Source: Blasia pusilla (lineage: Eukaryota). Taken from it: DNA of 64,000 nucleotides. Under the pieces are notes generated by a model. That model was given only the letters and a program-made list of their open reading frames with translations. It did no database searches and was not told the DNA's origin. The translations under genes and the position numbers were made by a program. Below, piece by piece: positions 1 through 13,050 of the stretch (the first letter of the stretch is position 1; every line of letters starts with the position of its first letter). Location: contig CM114271.1 in NCBI GenBank assembly GCA_050084515.1, positions 18,228,001 to 18,292,000 of the forward strand, read 5' to 3'.

Positions 1-2112
1 GTCCCCCAATATCTCCAATCGAGGGTCCACACACATTAACTGCAACTTCGTTGACATTAACCTCCGTGCTATTTTCCGCCGACCTCCCCCTAACATCGTG
101 CGACTTTTTTCCACTGTGATTAGTAGTCGTTGAATATTCCTGAATATTTTCCTCCAATCCTCCAGTGTCGGATATGTTGTTAATACCATGTACGCTCGTG
201 GTTATGTCTTGCAAATGTGAATGGCATACAAAACTACATTTCTTCACAAGAGTTTCCTCCTCCTAAGGATACGGTCCATTTCTTGAAGTCTTCAAACGGC
301 TAGAGGGTTTGTCCTCATTGAAAATAGGAAGACCTTTGCCTCTGATCTTTGCGCCAAATCTACATATTCTAAGCCAATACCATTTCTTGCTGCGTGCGCA
401 ATGCTTCGCTCTATAATTCAGCGAGCACCAACAATCTAGTGAAAACTCAAACTCATCAAAGTTGCGGAACACTTGCTTCAATTGTATCCGTTCGGCATGC
501 CTCCTTATTGCACATGATGACCCAAAGGTTGTTAATGAATCTAACTCTAACTGCGGTTGATGACTACGCCACACCGATACAAATCGTTAAGGCAAACTTA
601 CATTATGTCCACCAAATATCCACTACTGCGGCTCTTGTGAGTAGGCTCACCTCTGAGAAGTACAAAACAACTGCAACGGCGGCTATTCAAAGTAGGTTGA
701 CCTTTTAGGAGTACAAAAAAACTGCAACGGCTGCTATTTAGGCGGCTATTCTGAGTACTATCACCTCTTAGGAGTACAAAATATCCACAAACGCAACTAT
801 TTTGAGTAGGCTCACCTCTCATGAGTACAAAAAACTACAACGGAGGATACTCTGAGTAGCCTCACCTTTCAAGAGTACAAAATTACTACAACGGAGGCTA
901 TTTCGGAGGCTAGTCTAAGTAGGCCAATGTCTCCCGAAAACAAAACAACTACAACGACGGCTAATTCGGCGGCTATTCTGAGTTGGCTCATCTCTAGGAA
1001 AACTAAAAATCTACAACGGCGGATATTATGAGTTGGCTCACCTCTCAAGAAAACAAAACAACTACAACGGCGGCTATTCTGAGTTGGCTCACCTCTCATG
1101 AAAACAAAACAACTACAACGGCGGCTATTTCGGTAGTTATTCTCAGTAGGCTAAGCTCTCAAGAAAACAAAAAAATCACAAATGTGGCTGAGTCGACCAC
1201 TCTTATGACTAGGCTCAACTCTCAAGACAACAAAAAGCTACAACGACGGCTAATTCGGAGGCTTTTCTGAGTAGGCGACCCTCTCAAGAAAACTACAAAA
1301 ACTACCAAGGTAGCTAATTCGGCGGCTATATTGTGAGGAGGCTTAGCTCTCAGGAAATCAAAATAACTACAATGGCGGATATTTTTCCGGCTATTTTGAG
1401 TAGGATCATCTCTTAGGAAACGAATAATCTACAACGACGGCTATTTCGATTATGGTGGCGGCTATTGCACAATAATCATCATTTATGGATCGAATATCCA
1501 TCTCGGCGGCTATTTTGACGGCCAATAAACCCTTAGCTTTGAAACCCAGCGACATTCTTACCTTCTTCTAGGCTGAACCCTTCCAGATAGGGATCATTCT
1601 TGGACGTGGAGGCTCGCCATAACTTGAAAGCAGCCGAAGACTCTCTTGATGGTGGCCTTCGTTCATAAGATCCGCAGTTTTGGTCTTTGCGACTAGAACC
1701 AACCAATCCATTGTCATCCAGAGGAAAATGTTGTCTACTCAAGTCTGGAAAATCATCATCAGTACACGAGAGCTCATGATGTTTGGGTAGCTCGACACCA
1801 TCCATTCTCTAATCAAGCTTGTGAACAGTAAACACTGATTAGTAAACAAATTAACATGTGCCAGAGAGTGTAAGCACGAGTGTTGATCACAATTTGCATG
1901 ATCAAAAGTCCTAACTCGAAAGTGATAAACCCTAACTCGGGATTGTTCTCATATCCAAAACTTCTTTGCTACAGTAACTATGTAGAAGAACATTTGTACC
2001 AACCGGTGGGAACTTTGACGTGGCAGTTCATAGGGGCCGTTCAAGCAAGAGATTTCGTAGGGGGGCCACTTAAGCAACATAAGTAGGGTAGGGGGCCACT
2101 TAAGCAAATTCC
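1..2112 (-). mobile_element. Mutator-like (MULE) DNA transposon, left end with degenerate transposase N-terminus (continues off the window)
   Basis: The minus strand begins GGAATTTGCTTAAGTGGCCCCC at 2112, with subterminal repeats (gggggccacttaagcaa twice plus a degenerate third, 2032-2107), typical of MULE TIRs. ORF 263..574 and its continuation (LKQVFRNFDEFEFSLDCWC...ICRFG...KKCSFCMPF...TWY) resemble a FAR1/WRKY-GCM1-type MULE DNA-binding domain. Confidence 0.5.
620..1450. repeat. Degenerate minisatellite, 51-bp unit with a 63-bp variant, about 14 copies
   Basis: Unit cggcggctattctgagttggctcacctctcaagaaaacaaaacaactacaa (e.g. 1017-1118). Some units carry an extra 12-bp ggcggctatttc-like block. 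Confidence 0.85.
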
Positions 2113-4239
2113 TTTAATTTCTCTCGCATTCAATTCATTTCTCCCCTTTAAAAATGAACCTTTTTTCCATATTTAGAATAAAATTTAAAATTTTACATTC
2201 AATTATTAATTTTGGAAGGGAAATCACAAATTATTACGGAAAAATGAGCAAACATTGTCATATAATATTTAAATTTTTATTATAATTTAATTTATGACAA
2301 ATAAATTATTTATGAAAAATAATAAATATAATTGTCAAAATATTTTTCACAAATAATATAATATTTTTCATTATTATTATTAAATTTATGACAAATTAAT
2401 ATAAATAGAATTCAGATAGAAGCGAGAAAAAAACTCTCTGAGTAGTAACTTTTTAGTATATATGATCATTGTTGGGAAATTTTATTCTCTTAGCTTCATG
2501 GAATATGCATGTCGTTTCATGTTTCATGATATCAAAGATATGATGATTAGGTCATTTTGTGGGCAAGAAGGAAAATTTATAGAATCCTCTTTTAGGGCCT
2601 CTACAATTTCATGGTGAAATTTTTTTGTTGATTGCAAATGGTTTCAATTATGGGCTTGGTTGGCTTGGAGTTAATTTGTAGTTAATTTTCAGCTAATGCA
2701 AAAATTACTCAACATTTCCCTACCAATGGTGCAAGGGCCAAAGAAATCCCTATACATCAAAAGGTTCAAAGCTTCGATCTCTTGAAATGTGAAAATGTTT
2801 TGCTCACATCTATCAGAGACTTAAACCCATATCGAATCGCCCCCATGATGTAAAATCACAATGGTTTAGCAGTTGCCATCCCATGTTTAAACGATTCCTA
2901 CCCTAAGTTGTCCTTCTTTTCTCTTGATGATTGATTGGTTTGAGCTCTCTATTTTTGTGCATATGAATTATGTGATGCTATAATAGATCTATTTTATCCT
3001 TTTGATAGCAAGGTATTATCTTTGTCTTTGATCAACTAAACCCATATTACCCCTACTATGGGTTTTGCAATATTATTTTGATTAGCAATACAAGTACAAT
3101 GCCTTTCAATCTTTCATCAGTTTATTTAAGCAAGGCTGCAAGAAATCTCATGTAGATACGCTAAATCTATTCTAATGCTCTAGATCAAAAGTCAATTTTG
3201 TCTCAATATATTGGATCTACAAGTCAATCTCTTATGATTTCAGCCTTAAGGCATGCATCATACTCCATCAATATGGGAATTTTTTAAGTTTGTAAAAATT
3301 GAAGGAATTTAAATATTTTAAGATTCCCCACATGCATGAACCTTTTTCCATAAATATGGGGTTTTTTGGAGATTATACACATAGAAAGATCTCGACTCTT
3401 CAAAAGTATCCTCTTGCATATATCATACTTGATGAATACGGATATTAAAAAGAATAGAGAATTTTTGGTATGTATGATTTCCCGCCTTGTTGTGTTCCAT
3501 GAAGAGTGACATCAATGGTATTGAAAATAAAATTCCTTAACATAATCATAAAATGTAGAAATATAATTCTCACTTCTCAAATTACCACAAATTAATGAGA
3601 TATGGCATTTAGATGATGATATGCAAAGGATTCATAAAGAGTGATAATAAGATACTAAACCAAAAAAATCATTCTTTAATTCTTTTCAAGAAATTCATCT
3701 CTCTCTCTCTCTCTCTCTCTCGTGTTAGCTATACAATATCCAAAAATATGTTGCAACGTCATTTTTTGAAATGTTTTTCAAAAAAATTGAGTCTGAAAAA
3801 TCAATTCGATACTAGCTCATCACGATATTTTTGCACAAAATCTACATCTACATCCTTGGGCCTCATGGTGGAAACAAGGCTGGATATCTTCTGCAATTAA
3901 GCAATTTTGGAAGGATCGACTATCCATATCTTTCTAGATTTCACCAGCAAGCAAAGAGCATGACTCCCAATTGAAAGAGAATAGGTTCTAGCCACTCGTA
4001 GTTAAGGTCTTTGGAGTGAACTTATGGAAAGGAAGGCCATGACACCACTACCTCAAAAACACAATAATGCAATAATACTCTACAAACACGAGCAACAATG
4101 AGCAAACAAATCATACTCCCACTAGGAAATTAGCAATTCTACACCAAGGAAGAAGTCCTTGGAGGTGACAAGCCTCCGTGGCAAAACATTCCTACAAGGA
4201 TTGGAGGATGGGAAAGATCATACCAACCCATCCATTCAG

Positions 4240-4865
4240 ATAAATTTTCACAAATGTGGAGGACCATTATGATCTAGAGGCAATTGCATTACATATTTTT
4301 GCACTAACTTGGACCCCATCTTTTTTGTTGAAACACATGAACCTGCTTCCAATCGTATTTCTAATACATAAGAGTTCTAGGTCCTAGCTATCCGCAACCC
4401 ACTTACAGAAACAATAACAAAGGATGCGATGGTCTAGCATACTTGGTAGCACCATGGTTAAAACCTTTTGTCTCCATAGCCGACATTGATGAAGAAAATT
4501 ATTTTTTTGATCAAGGTTACCAAAGAAGTGGGTTTATCGAAAAATCTCCTCATTGAAGTTTGTTACTTCAATCCTACTATGATCAAAAGATAATTCTTGT
4601 ATGAGGCTCCCTCTACATCTATTGAGAAACACATGAAGGTGGGAAATATCCTCATGGTGGGAAATCTCAACGGTAGAACCTCTAGCACTCAAACTCCCAT
4701 TTACACGTCAAACAATAATAACATGGAAGGGATAGAAGCTTAGAGAGTATCTTGGTCTCCAAGGGAAGAATTCTTCCCACATGTGCAACGCACATTGGTG
4801 GACATTGAAAAAACGGTCGATGAAGAGAAATTGTTTAAAATTTGCTCGATACATTGTTTGGCATT
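4240..4865 (+). mobile_element. LINE ORF2, AP-endonuclease domain, 5' part (interrupted by element A)
   Basis: LDPIFFVETHE (~4310) and ILMVGNLNGRT (4648-4680) match EEP motifs. The frame continues after element A. Confidence 0.7.
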
Positions 4866-5381
4866 TGTCACGTCTTTTAGGATAGATCGGTAAGATATAG
4901 TAGAGCGCCTTCTTGAGTAGTGAAGGACGGAGTCAAGAGGTTGAGGATGACCTACTGAGGCCTAGGGAAACTTGAGAGAGCAGGTTTCCCCTTCGTTTCG
5001 GCTCATTTGGAGGCATATAGAGGAACTTCCTATTTTAGGTAAGTACCATTTTGAGTATATGGTCAACTTTATATTTTTGGTAAGTGTCCATTGACCTCCT
5101 ACATCAGGTCAAGAACCAAGGAGGTGACTTGAGAGCATAGGTTACAACGGAGAGAGTTTGGGAGAGGGGAGGGGTATACGTCAAGGATAGAGAACTTGAG
5201 AGCTCATTCTCTCTTTGTTGAACCCCTTGGCATGAGGCGGCAGAGCTATGGTCTTGCTTGCCTTGTGTGGGTAACCCAAGCCTCTCATTAGAAGAGTAGG
5301 TTTGGTTTGACATTGAGAGAGACATGTGAGAGTGCACACATTTGAGAGCTATGGTGTTGAGAGAGATTGGATCTTAATTTA
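4866..5381 (+). repeat. Repeat A1 (family 1), ~515 bp
   Basis: Aligns by eye to 26793-27310 (reverse) and to the 5' parts of the solo units at 19995 and 42869. It is not followed by repeat B. Confidence 0.85.
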
Positions 5382-5939
5382 CAAAGAGAGAATGAGATGA
5401 GTGAGAGAGCTTCATGGGGGAGCTTGCTAGTCACTCACTAGTTTTGCAGGTTGGGGATTGTATTCCTTGTTTAGTGGTTCATGGGAGTGCTCACCGGAGC
5501 CAAAGCCACTCATTTTTTTATGTTTCCTTTGCCTATTTTTCGTGTGGAAGACTGGTGCGCGGAAGCGCTGCCCAATTTTTTATAGGGATTGAGTATGGGG
5601 GCGAATTTCCCCATGCAAGTGTTCTCGAGAGCATTATGCAGCTTGTTGATTTATGTTTCCACATGCTTTACAAAGTTTTTGGCAGAAATCAGTGCGGTAG
5701 TCGCTGCCAAATTTTGTGTAGGAGAAAAAGACATTGGGCTTTACGACAATCCTCATCAATTTTACTCGAATATTTGATTTAAAATGTTTTTGAACTTTGT
5801 CGTAGATCACAAAGTTGTGCATCGCTGTGCAATAGATAATGTACAATTTGGAGTTGCAAGCAAAAAGTTATGGTCAATCTTGCAAAACTGCCATTGCTAG
5901 GCAACTTTTAGGGTAAAATTGTTCAAACACAAAAGCAGT

Positions 5940-6150
5940 CGTCGCACCGCGGCAGCCCGTTGCCATCATAGTCACCATCAACAGTCCGCCATTGACGGTC
6001 AACCATCACCATCAATGGTCAACCATCATTGTCAACCATCGCCATTGTCAACCATCCATTGTCCATCGTCGGCCGCCGCCGCCTCTTAGCGTTGCTCAGA
6101 GCCGCGTTCGGCCGATGTCCATCCTTGGTTGCCATTGCCGCCATTACAGA
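5940..6150. repeat. Short degenerate tandem repeat (gtcaaccatcgccatt-like) in the 5' leader of element A
   Basis: Several 12-18 bp variant units are directly visible. Confidence 0.55.
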
Positions 6151-6989
6151 GTGGAGGGTCTTCCATGACGACTGTTGATTCTCTGACTTGCGCCGCCACC
6201 ACGTACTTTATTAAGGCCGCTACCGTCATTGCAATTTTGTCATCAACCAGTGATGGCAAGTGACCTCGAGTTATGATATTTGAGTTTTCATTTCATTCTA
6301 CTATATTGTGATTGGTAGCCGCTCGAGGACGATTGAGTATTGTGTCGTGATGCCCTTAGGCGCAACGCACCACCGATTGCCACGTCGTGCCGCTCCTGGC
6401 CATACCACACCGTCTCGATCGCCGAGCTGCTCCTTCACTAAGGAGCAGAGTGTGCGTATTGTTGATTGAGGAGGGTATGCCGCGGAGTGCCGCATCCCAT
6501 TATCAAGTGTCGTGCCGTTCTGTAGCCGTTCCGTGCTGCCATTGCCGCACCATACCACTGGATCCGCACAACATATTGAGGAGGTTTGAGCATCATCAAT
6601 ACGAGAGGAGTACGACTTGCTGATTGGAGGATTTGTCTTCACGATCGAGTTGGGATTGAGATTTGCAGTTGCCGAGGAGCGACATCAACATTATTGTCAA
6701 GTTACCCATGATGGTCTCTTACCCTGCACGTGTGAGGGAATTCTGGGTATTCGGAAGTTATTTGGGATATTGGGTTTCATGCTAATGTTGAGAGCACTGA
6801 TGACGTATGGGTTGAGGGGACATAGACCTGTCTGGGATGTCCAAAGTTGAGGATGGTTTATCGATGAGACTTAAGATCAGTTAATTTGCCGCACCACGCC
6901 GCTTGTTGCCGCACAACACACGTCTTGGTGAGAGAGTGTAGCTTGAGTGCCGTATGTTAGATAGAGTGATTGTATGATTACTCGCGAGG

Positions 6990-8200
6990 TTGAGAGTGAT
7001 CGTGTGAGAGGGGCACGATGGTCATCACGGCGTCCTTTCGAGACTTTGAGAGGCGAGGTGGTTTACTGGAGAGTAGCTCTAGAGGGTTTACGCGGAGTGG
7101 CGCGAGGTTTCGAGGGTCACCACATGCGGGACCACCTCGACCTCCTTCTGTGTCATCTTCAGACGAGGAGGAGGATGTAGAGGAGTTGACTAGTTCTTTG
7201 CCACTCACATTGAGTAGTCCCTCTTTGCTTGGGCGTCACGAGATGGATGGACATAGGTTCATCACCAATAATAGAGTTGCACGACTTCATGGTGATGTTG
7301 AAGGGCTAAGAACTCTAGAGAGTTCAACCCATTTACAGCATGGAGGAAGCCAGAAACAAATAGGGAAGGCAATGAGGGATGGAAACGGAATGTTGGTGAT
7401 GTTATTAACTGGAAGGCAATGGGAGAAATTGTTGATAACTCCTATTGCTGATGCTCAGGAGGAGCATGTGTCGAGTACGATGTTGGGGGCGGCCACGATG
7501 GTGTACCGTGCTCCGCTTTTTTCCTGCTTCCGATGTTATGACATTGGGAGTTATGCCCACCGAGGTTTTCCAGCTGGCCGCTACGGTATGTGAGTGTGGA
7601 GTTGAAGTTCCAACATCATGTTCAAAGGTGATTGCAGAGGAGGTGATGGACCTGCCCTTGGAGGGGATGCTTGAATCGTCCACGTCAGATTCATGGCAGG
7701 CTGCGGTTGCTAGGATGGCGGAGATGCCCGCTAGACCCGTGATAGAGTATGCCATGGCTTCTCCTGGTGATGTGTTGTTGGATAATCGGGGAGAGTTCTT
7801 CTAGTTGGTGAGTCCCGGAGGTAAATCTTTTAGTCCGCAACGCGTCTTGTTGGATTCAGGAGCGCAACCCCTATGTTGGGGAAAGTGTCATTCATGGGAT
7901 TGGGCTTGACGAGAGTCGATGTGGAGCGTTGTCCATTCTGGATGCAGACATCCTTGGATGGAGTGAGTACCACAAAGTATATCATTCGATAAGAGGTCAT
8001 GGTGAGGATTCTCCCGAGACATCCTACAGATGAGTCCGTGGTGCGAGCCAAGGCGATAGTGACTAATGTAGAGTCCTACGATGTATTGGTTGGTAAGCAG
8101 TGTTATACCCGATGGGGTTTTCCCTAGATTACCGGGAGGAGTGAGCGTCTTACAGACGAGAATGGTAGTCAGATGATGGGTGTCTTAGCTCATTACCCGT
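6990..8200 (+). pseudogene. Element A gag (internally deleted) and aspartic protease
   Basis: GFTRSGARFR...EEEDVEE matches the gag N-terminus of copies C and D. VFQLAATVCE is shared with C and D. Protease motif LLDSGAQP and YDVLVG. Confidence 0.75.
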
Positions 8201-8559
8201 TCGATTCACAGGTGCAATGATCAAGCGACGGCCAAGAGCGATGGCGACCTTAGCAGCATTTAGGAGTGCCATCACTTGGCCTAGTGATTTGATTGAGGGA
8301 CATATCCATGCAGAGGATACTCCCATTCCTCACATTTCTATGGTGAGGAGTGTCATGGTAGCCACATCAGTCCATGGAGGAGAGGTGCCGCTTTGGGGCT
8401 CGATTGAGGAGCTTCCACGCTTAGCTATTGAGCATGTGCAGACTACGTGGAGCAAGACATTTGCACCAAAGTGTGACGGGTCAGAGGAACCCCAAGTAGC
8501 CAGGAGTGCTGCTATGACCCCTTTGGACAACACCCCGATTTTGTGGTGCATCTCGGAGG

Positions 8560-9470
8560 AGGGTATTTAGGTGTTGGATCTCTTTGGAGGGCTCAGCACT
8601 GGGTTAGCTATTGTTTTGCAAGCTAGAGTACGCAAGCAGTAGTACCTATATGTGGAGATTGATGATGTTGCGAGGCGCGCTTCACTTCACCATGTGGCGT
8701 AGTTAGGCCTCCGTTTTCCCAACTTGTTGTCTACATCCGCCATTTAGGGTTACCAGAGTTCCCTACCGAGGAACATTTCATTTTTGGGGGCGTAGGATGT
8801 GGAGCGGGTAGGGACCATAGACTTTGTCATTGCTGGTTGGCCATGTCAGGGCCAGTCAAGTGCTAGATAGGTAGCGGATTAGCTGACTCTCGGTCCATGT
8901 TGTTTGGGAGATCATGCAGATCTTGCGACACTTGCAAAAGCATGAGTCTCGTCCTCTAGCATACATTCTGGAGAATGTGCCGATTTTGGGCGATTGGAGG
9001 TCCTGTGTGGTGACGAGTGCACATCAAGTGCGCGCATAGATCGGCTCGGCAGTTTTGTTGGATGCGGCAAGTGTGGGTTCACGAGCACATCGCCTGCGTC
9101 TTTGGTGGACCAACTTGGTGCCACATGAGGTGTTGCGGAGGACTTATGCAAGAGTGGAGCGGTCCATCGATCACATGCAGTGAGGCACGATGCTTGACCG
9201 CCGTTGACTGTGGTCAATAGGACTAGCATGCCACGAGTAGCCTTTCCCACATTGGTGAGTTTTCCTGCTTCCAATGCATTCAAGAAGGCAAGACCTGGCT
9301 TGGTTTGGGATGACCAAGTACAGAGGTTGGTGGAGCCCAACGCCGATGAGCGAGAGTAAGCGATGGGATTCCCCACAAGAGTGAAGGTAGTATCGTCACT
9401 ATTAGAGACGTCATGTCTTGGGTCATGCGATGGACCTAAAATGCTTGACATGGATTTTCAACTTAGGAGT
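8560..9470 (+). pseudogene. Element A C5 cytosine methyltransferase domain (DNMT3-like), with stop codons
   Basis: Motif I VLDLFGGLSTG (8571), II YVEIDD, IV IAGWPCQG (GWPCQ at 8835-8849), VI YILENVP (ENV at 8971), VIII RAHRLRLWWTN, IX ERE*AMGFP, X HVLG. Confidence 0.9.
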
Positions 9471-9899
9471 AGCTGAGCAGCGTTGTTTGAGGATGCGAAA
9501 GATCACAGTAGTTGCGTTGGTGAGCCCCATGCCTACCAAGACGGTTGAGGCAGTGGCTGGGGGCAAGACCTAAGGAGATCGACACACCATGGTGATCGGG
9601 AGAGATACCCTTGGACTTCTTGGGATGTTTTGCAAATACGTCGAGAGATGGTAGCCACAACATCAAGCGTGGTTTAGGGTACTGCATATGGAGATCAGAT
9701 TTTGCAATTGGATGCATAAGAGTGGTCGAGTTTCGTTGTTCAAGACGGGGTTGCATCATAGCAACCACCTATACCCGCGCCAGAGAGTACTACCGTAGTC
9801 ACGATGGAGACTTGGGAGCCATATATGGGCCCTAAGAGGACAGGAGGAGAGCAGCGCCGGATACATCAATTCCTAAGGAGTTATAGGAGTTGTTTTTCC

Positions 9900-12670
9900 T
9901 TTAGCATGCAAGATTTGGGTACGCTACATGGTCCAGGGATCCGCATTGAGTTGTCGAGTGACAAGTCAATCTTTTGACAATCCTACAGGTATAGTGACAT
10001 GGAGAGGGCTCTCATTCACAATAGGAGCCAGGACTTGGTTGGAGTAGGACTAGTGGAGATGTCATATGGAGAGTATGCATTTACCACTGTCATGCCCGCC
10101 AAGAAGGATGTGCATGACAACTGGATGGATAGGCGGATGTGTGGAGATTACCGACTTATCAATCGGCAGACAAAGTCCGATAGATATGCCATGCCTACCC
10201 CTGAGGAGATCTTTGATGCTATTGGGCATGCAAAAGTCTTCAGTTCGTTAGATCTTCCAACCGGATACCATCAGCTACCTATCAGATTGGAGGACAGGCA
10301 GAAGACGGCATTTTGGGGCATCGATCCTCAAGAGAAGGATTGTTTGTACTAGTGGCAATTCTTACCATTCGGGTTAAAGAGCGCCCCGGATTGAGTTTCA
10401 GAGGATCATGGATAGGATCTTGGCAGGTTTGGATTTTGCTAGGTGTTATATTGATGACATCGTAGTATTTAGCGCCACGGTTGAGGAGCATGAGCGACAT
10501 CTAGAAGAGGTGTTTTGACGATTGTTGTTACATGGGCTGAAGCTACATCTAGGCAAGTGCAAGTTCTTCTACAACTTGGTTGAGTACCTTGGTCATACAA
10601 TATACCCAAGGGGCCTTGGTGTGTAGCAAAAAAGATAGAGGCTATTTCACGCATTCCACGCCCTACAGATGTGAGTCGAGTTTGTGCATTCATGAGATTG
10701 GCGAACTTCTATCGACGGTACGTCAAGGGTTTCAGTTTGATAGCAAAGCCGCTAACCTTGCTGACCAAGGAAGATCAAGAGTGGCACTAGGGGAATGAGG
10801 AGGAGAGCATTTCAACTGCTCAAGGATAGATTGAGGTCCGCGCCTATATTGAGGATATCGATCAAGGGGCGTTCTTTCCAGTTTCATACCGATTGGAGCA
10901 TGTTGGGGCTTGGAGCTATGCTCACCCAACATGACAATGATGTTAGAGAGTTTTTGGTAGCTTATGCTAGTCGCTTGAACAATGATGCAGAGGCAAAGTA
11001 TAGCTCGTATGAGGGTGAGTGCTTGGCTATAGTGTGGGTGTCGTATATTTCAGGTGTTATCTATTCGGAAACCCCTTTACCATCATTACTTATCATCAAC
11101 CACTTAAGTGGTTGATGGAGTCTGACAAGCTTACAGGGAAGCTTGCGAGGTTGACTATTTTGTTGCAGGAGTATGACTTCCAAGTGATGCATAGACTTGT
11201 GACGCTCAACCAAGATGCAGATGGTTTGAGCCATAACCCATGCTTAAGTCAGCAAGATGTGACTGAAGCTCGTTGGCATGGTGAGAGTGATGAAGATTTG
11301 TGTCAGGATGGCATGCATCAGCCTATTTGGGCTTGCTAGCTAAGGAGAGCCAGATTGCTAAGACTTTGATGGTGAGGTCAGATGGAGAGTCCTTAGATCC
11401 AGAGGCCGGTGAGGAGACGACAAGTGGCCGAGATATTCACGACGATGGAGTGGTCTTGGAGTACTTGCGTACTGGCAGAATTGCAAGCACAATGGGTGCT
11501 AGAGAGCGGGATCGGATCCTACAGCGCTAGCGAGCCAGACGATTCCGGTGGGAGGGGACACACATGTTGTGAGTTTGGGAGGATGGTGTAGTGCCTCATC
11601 CTTCGCAGAGAGCGCCTTTGGTGCGTCATGCCCATGAGGAGTTGGGTCATTTTGGAGTGAAGTGGACGTACAACTTCCTCCAAATTCAGTATTGGTGGCG
11701 AGGCATGTAGACTCACGTTCAGTAGTTTGTTGCTAAATGCATAGTGTGTGATCAAGTTTGAGCATCATTCAATGCTCCAACTCCACATTTGCATCCACTT
11801 CCGATCATGGATTTAAGTTATAGATGGAGTTTGGATTTTGCAAGACCTTTGCCTTTGACGGAGCGCCATAGTTGTTATGTGTTGGTGATGGTCGAGCACT
11901 TCTCGAATCGGATAGAGTTGGTTGTATTTTCTAACAAAGCGAGTGAGGGAGTAGCGTATGCCTTCCTGGATCGAGTGCTGAGTCATTATGGCACACCAGC
12001 TGAGGTGTTGATAGACCAGGGTACAGAGTTTCGCGGAATGTTTCAGGCCTTGTGTGATCAAGCACTGATCAACCAACGCACCACTTTGCAAGATCATCCT
12101 AAGGCGGATGGACTAGCGGAGAGGGTTGTGCAGACGGTGAAGAGAGGATTGCGCAAATATGGCTTGCAGAGAGGTCACCTAGGAGATTGGGACCTTTGGT
12201 TGCCGTGGTTGGCGATGGGATACACATTCAGCATGCAGACATCCTTAGTATCTTTCTCACCGTACTTGTTGCTTTATGGTAGTGAGCCAGATTTACCTAT
12301 GGCCATTCGTCAAGATATTGATGAGGTGTTGAACCTTGATGACCTTTATGTATGGATGAGAGCATTTTCACACAGGGGTGAGTTGTTCTAGAGAGTGATG
12401 CCCATGGCGTTTGAGAACTTGGCGATTGTGCAACATCGGGATACATTGAGATATGCGACTATTCGGGGGGATGGTTATCAACCTACGATTCAAAGGTTTC
12501 ATGAAGGAGACTATGTCTACTTGCAGCAGACGGCACCCACGACGTTGGATGTGCTGCAGGGTGCACCATCTTGAGAGTGCGTGAGGTTTTTCCATCAAGT
12601 GTTCTCTTATTGGAGGGACGCGATGGTATGGTTTGGAAGGACCATGTGTGTAATTGCGCACCGTATCACC
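9900..12670 (+). pseudogene. Element A RT - RNase H - DDE integrase
   Basis: RRMCGDYR, SLDL..GYHQ, LPFGL and YIDD (RT). HTDWS, YSSYEGECLA and DADGLS (RNase H). HAHEELGH...C..C, WSLDF, IDQG and GLAERV (integrase). Confidence 0.9.
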
Positions 12671-12719
12671 TTCCAAACATTGACGGTACAATTGATCCAA
12701 GCTTAGCAGTAGTTCTTGC

Positions 12720-12866
12720 AAGCTTGCGATATATGTTGTGTGGTTCTGCCAATGGTGCAGCCATTATGCTAGTTTGTGATGGATGTTCGAGAGGATGGCA
12801 TATGGCATGCTTGACGCCACCTCTCACTAGGGTTCCTTAGGGACGATGGATGTGTCCCAGATGTAC
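12720..12866 (+). pseudogene. Element A C-terminal PHD finger
   Basis: YMLCG...MLVCDGCSRGWHMACLTPPL..VP*GRWMCPRC, a C4HC3 pattern with the first Cys mutated. Confidence 0.85.
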
Positions 12867-13050
12867 ATACAGTAGATAGTTCTACATTCCGACTTGTTTC
12901 TGTGACATGGATGACAAGAAGGCGACTAACGAAGGAGCCACATGAGCACCAAACCTTTTTGCTCTTAGCTTGTGAGAGATGTATGTCATGGTAGGTAGGG
13001 ATAGATGGCTATCTGGAGTTAGAGGGACCTAACCACCAGCTAGGGGGAGG

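Noticed and set aside
620-1450. Regularly spaced repeats resembling a CRISPR array
   Set aside because: The units are contiguous with no unique spacers, there are no cas genes, and the context is eukaryotic.
2560-3500. Minus-strand CIGISLALAPLVG resembling an NB-ARC GLPL motif
   Set aside because: It is a single weak motif, all frames are full of stops, and no P-loop or other support was found.
8560-9470. Host DRM/DNMT3 gene or bacterial restriction-modification methylase
   Set aside because: It is intronless, embedded in pol at the same position in several element copies, and has no UBA domains or restriction gene.
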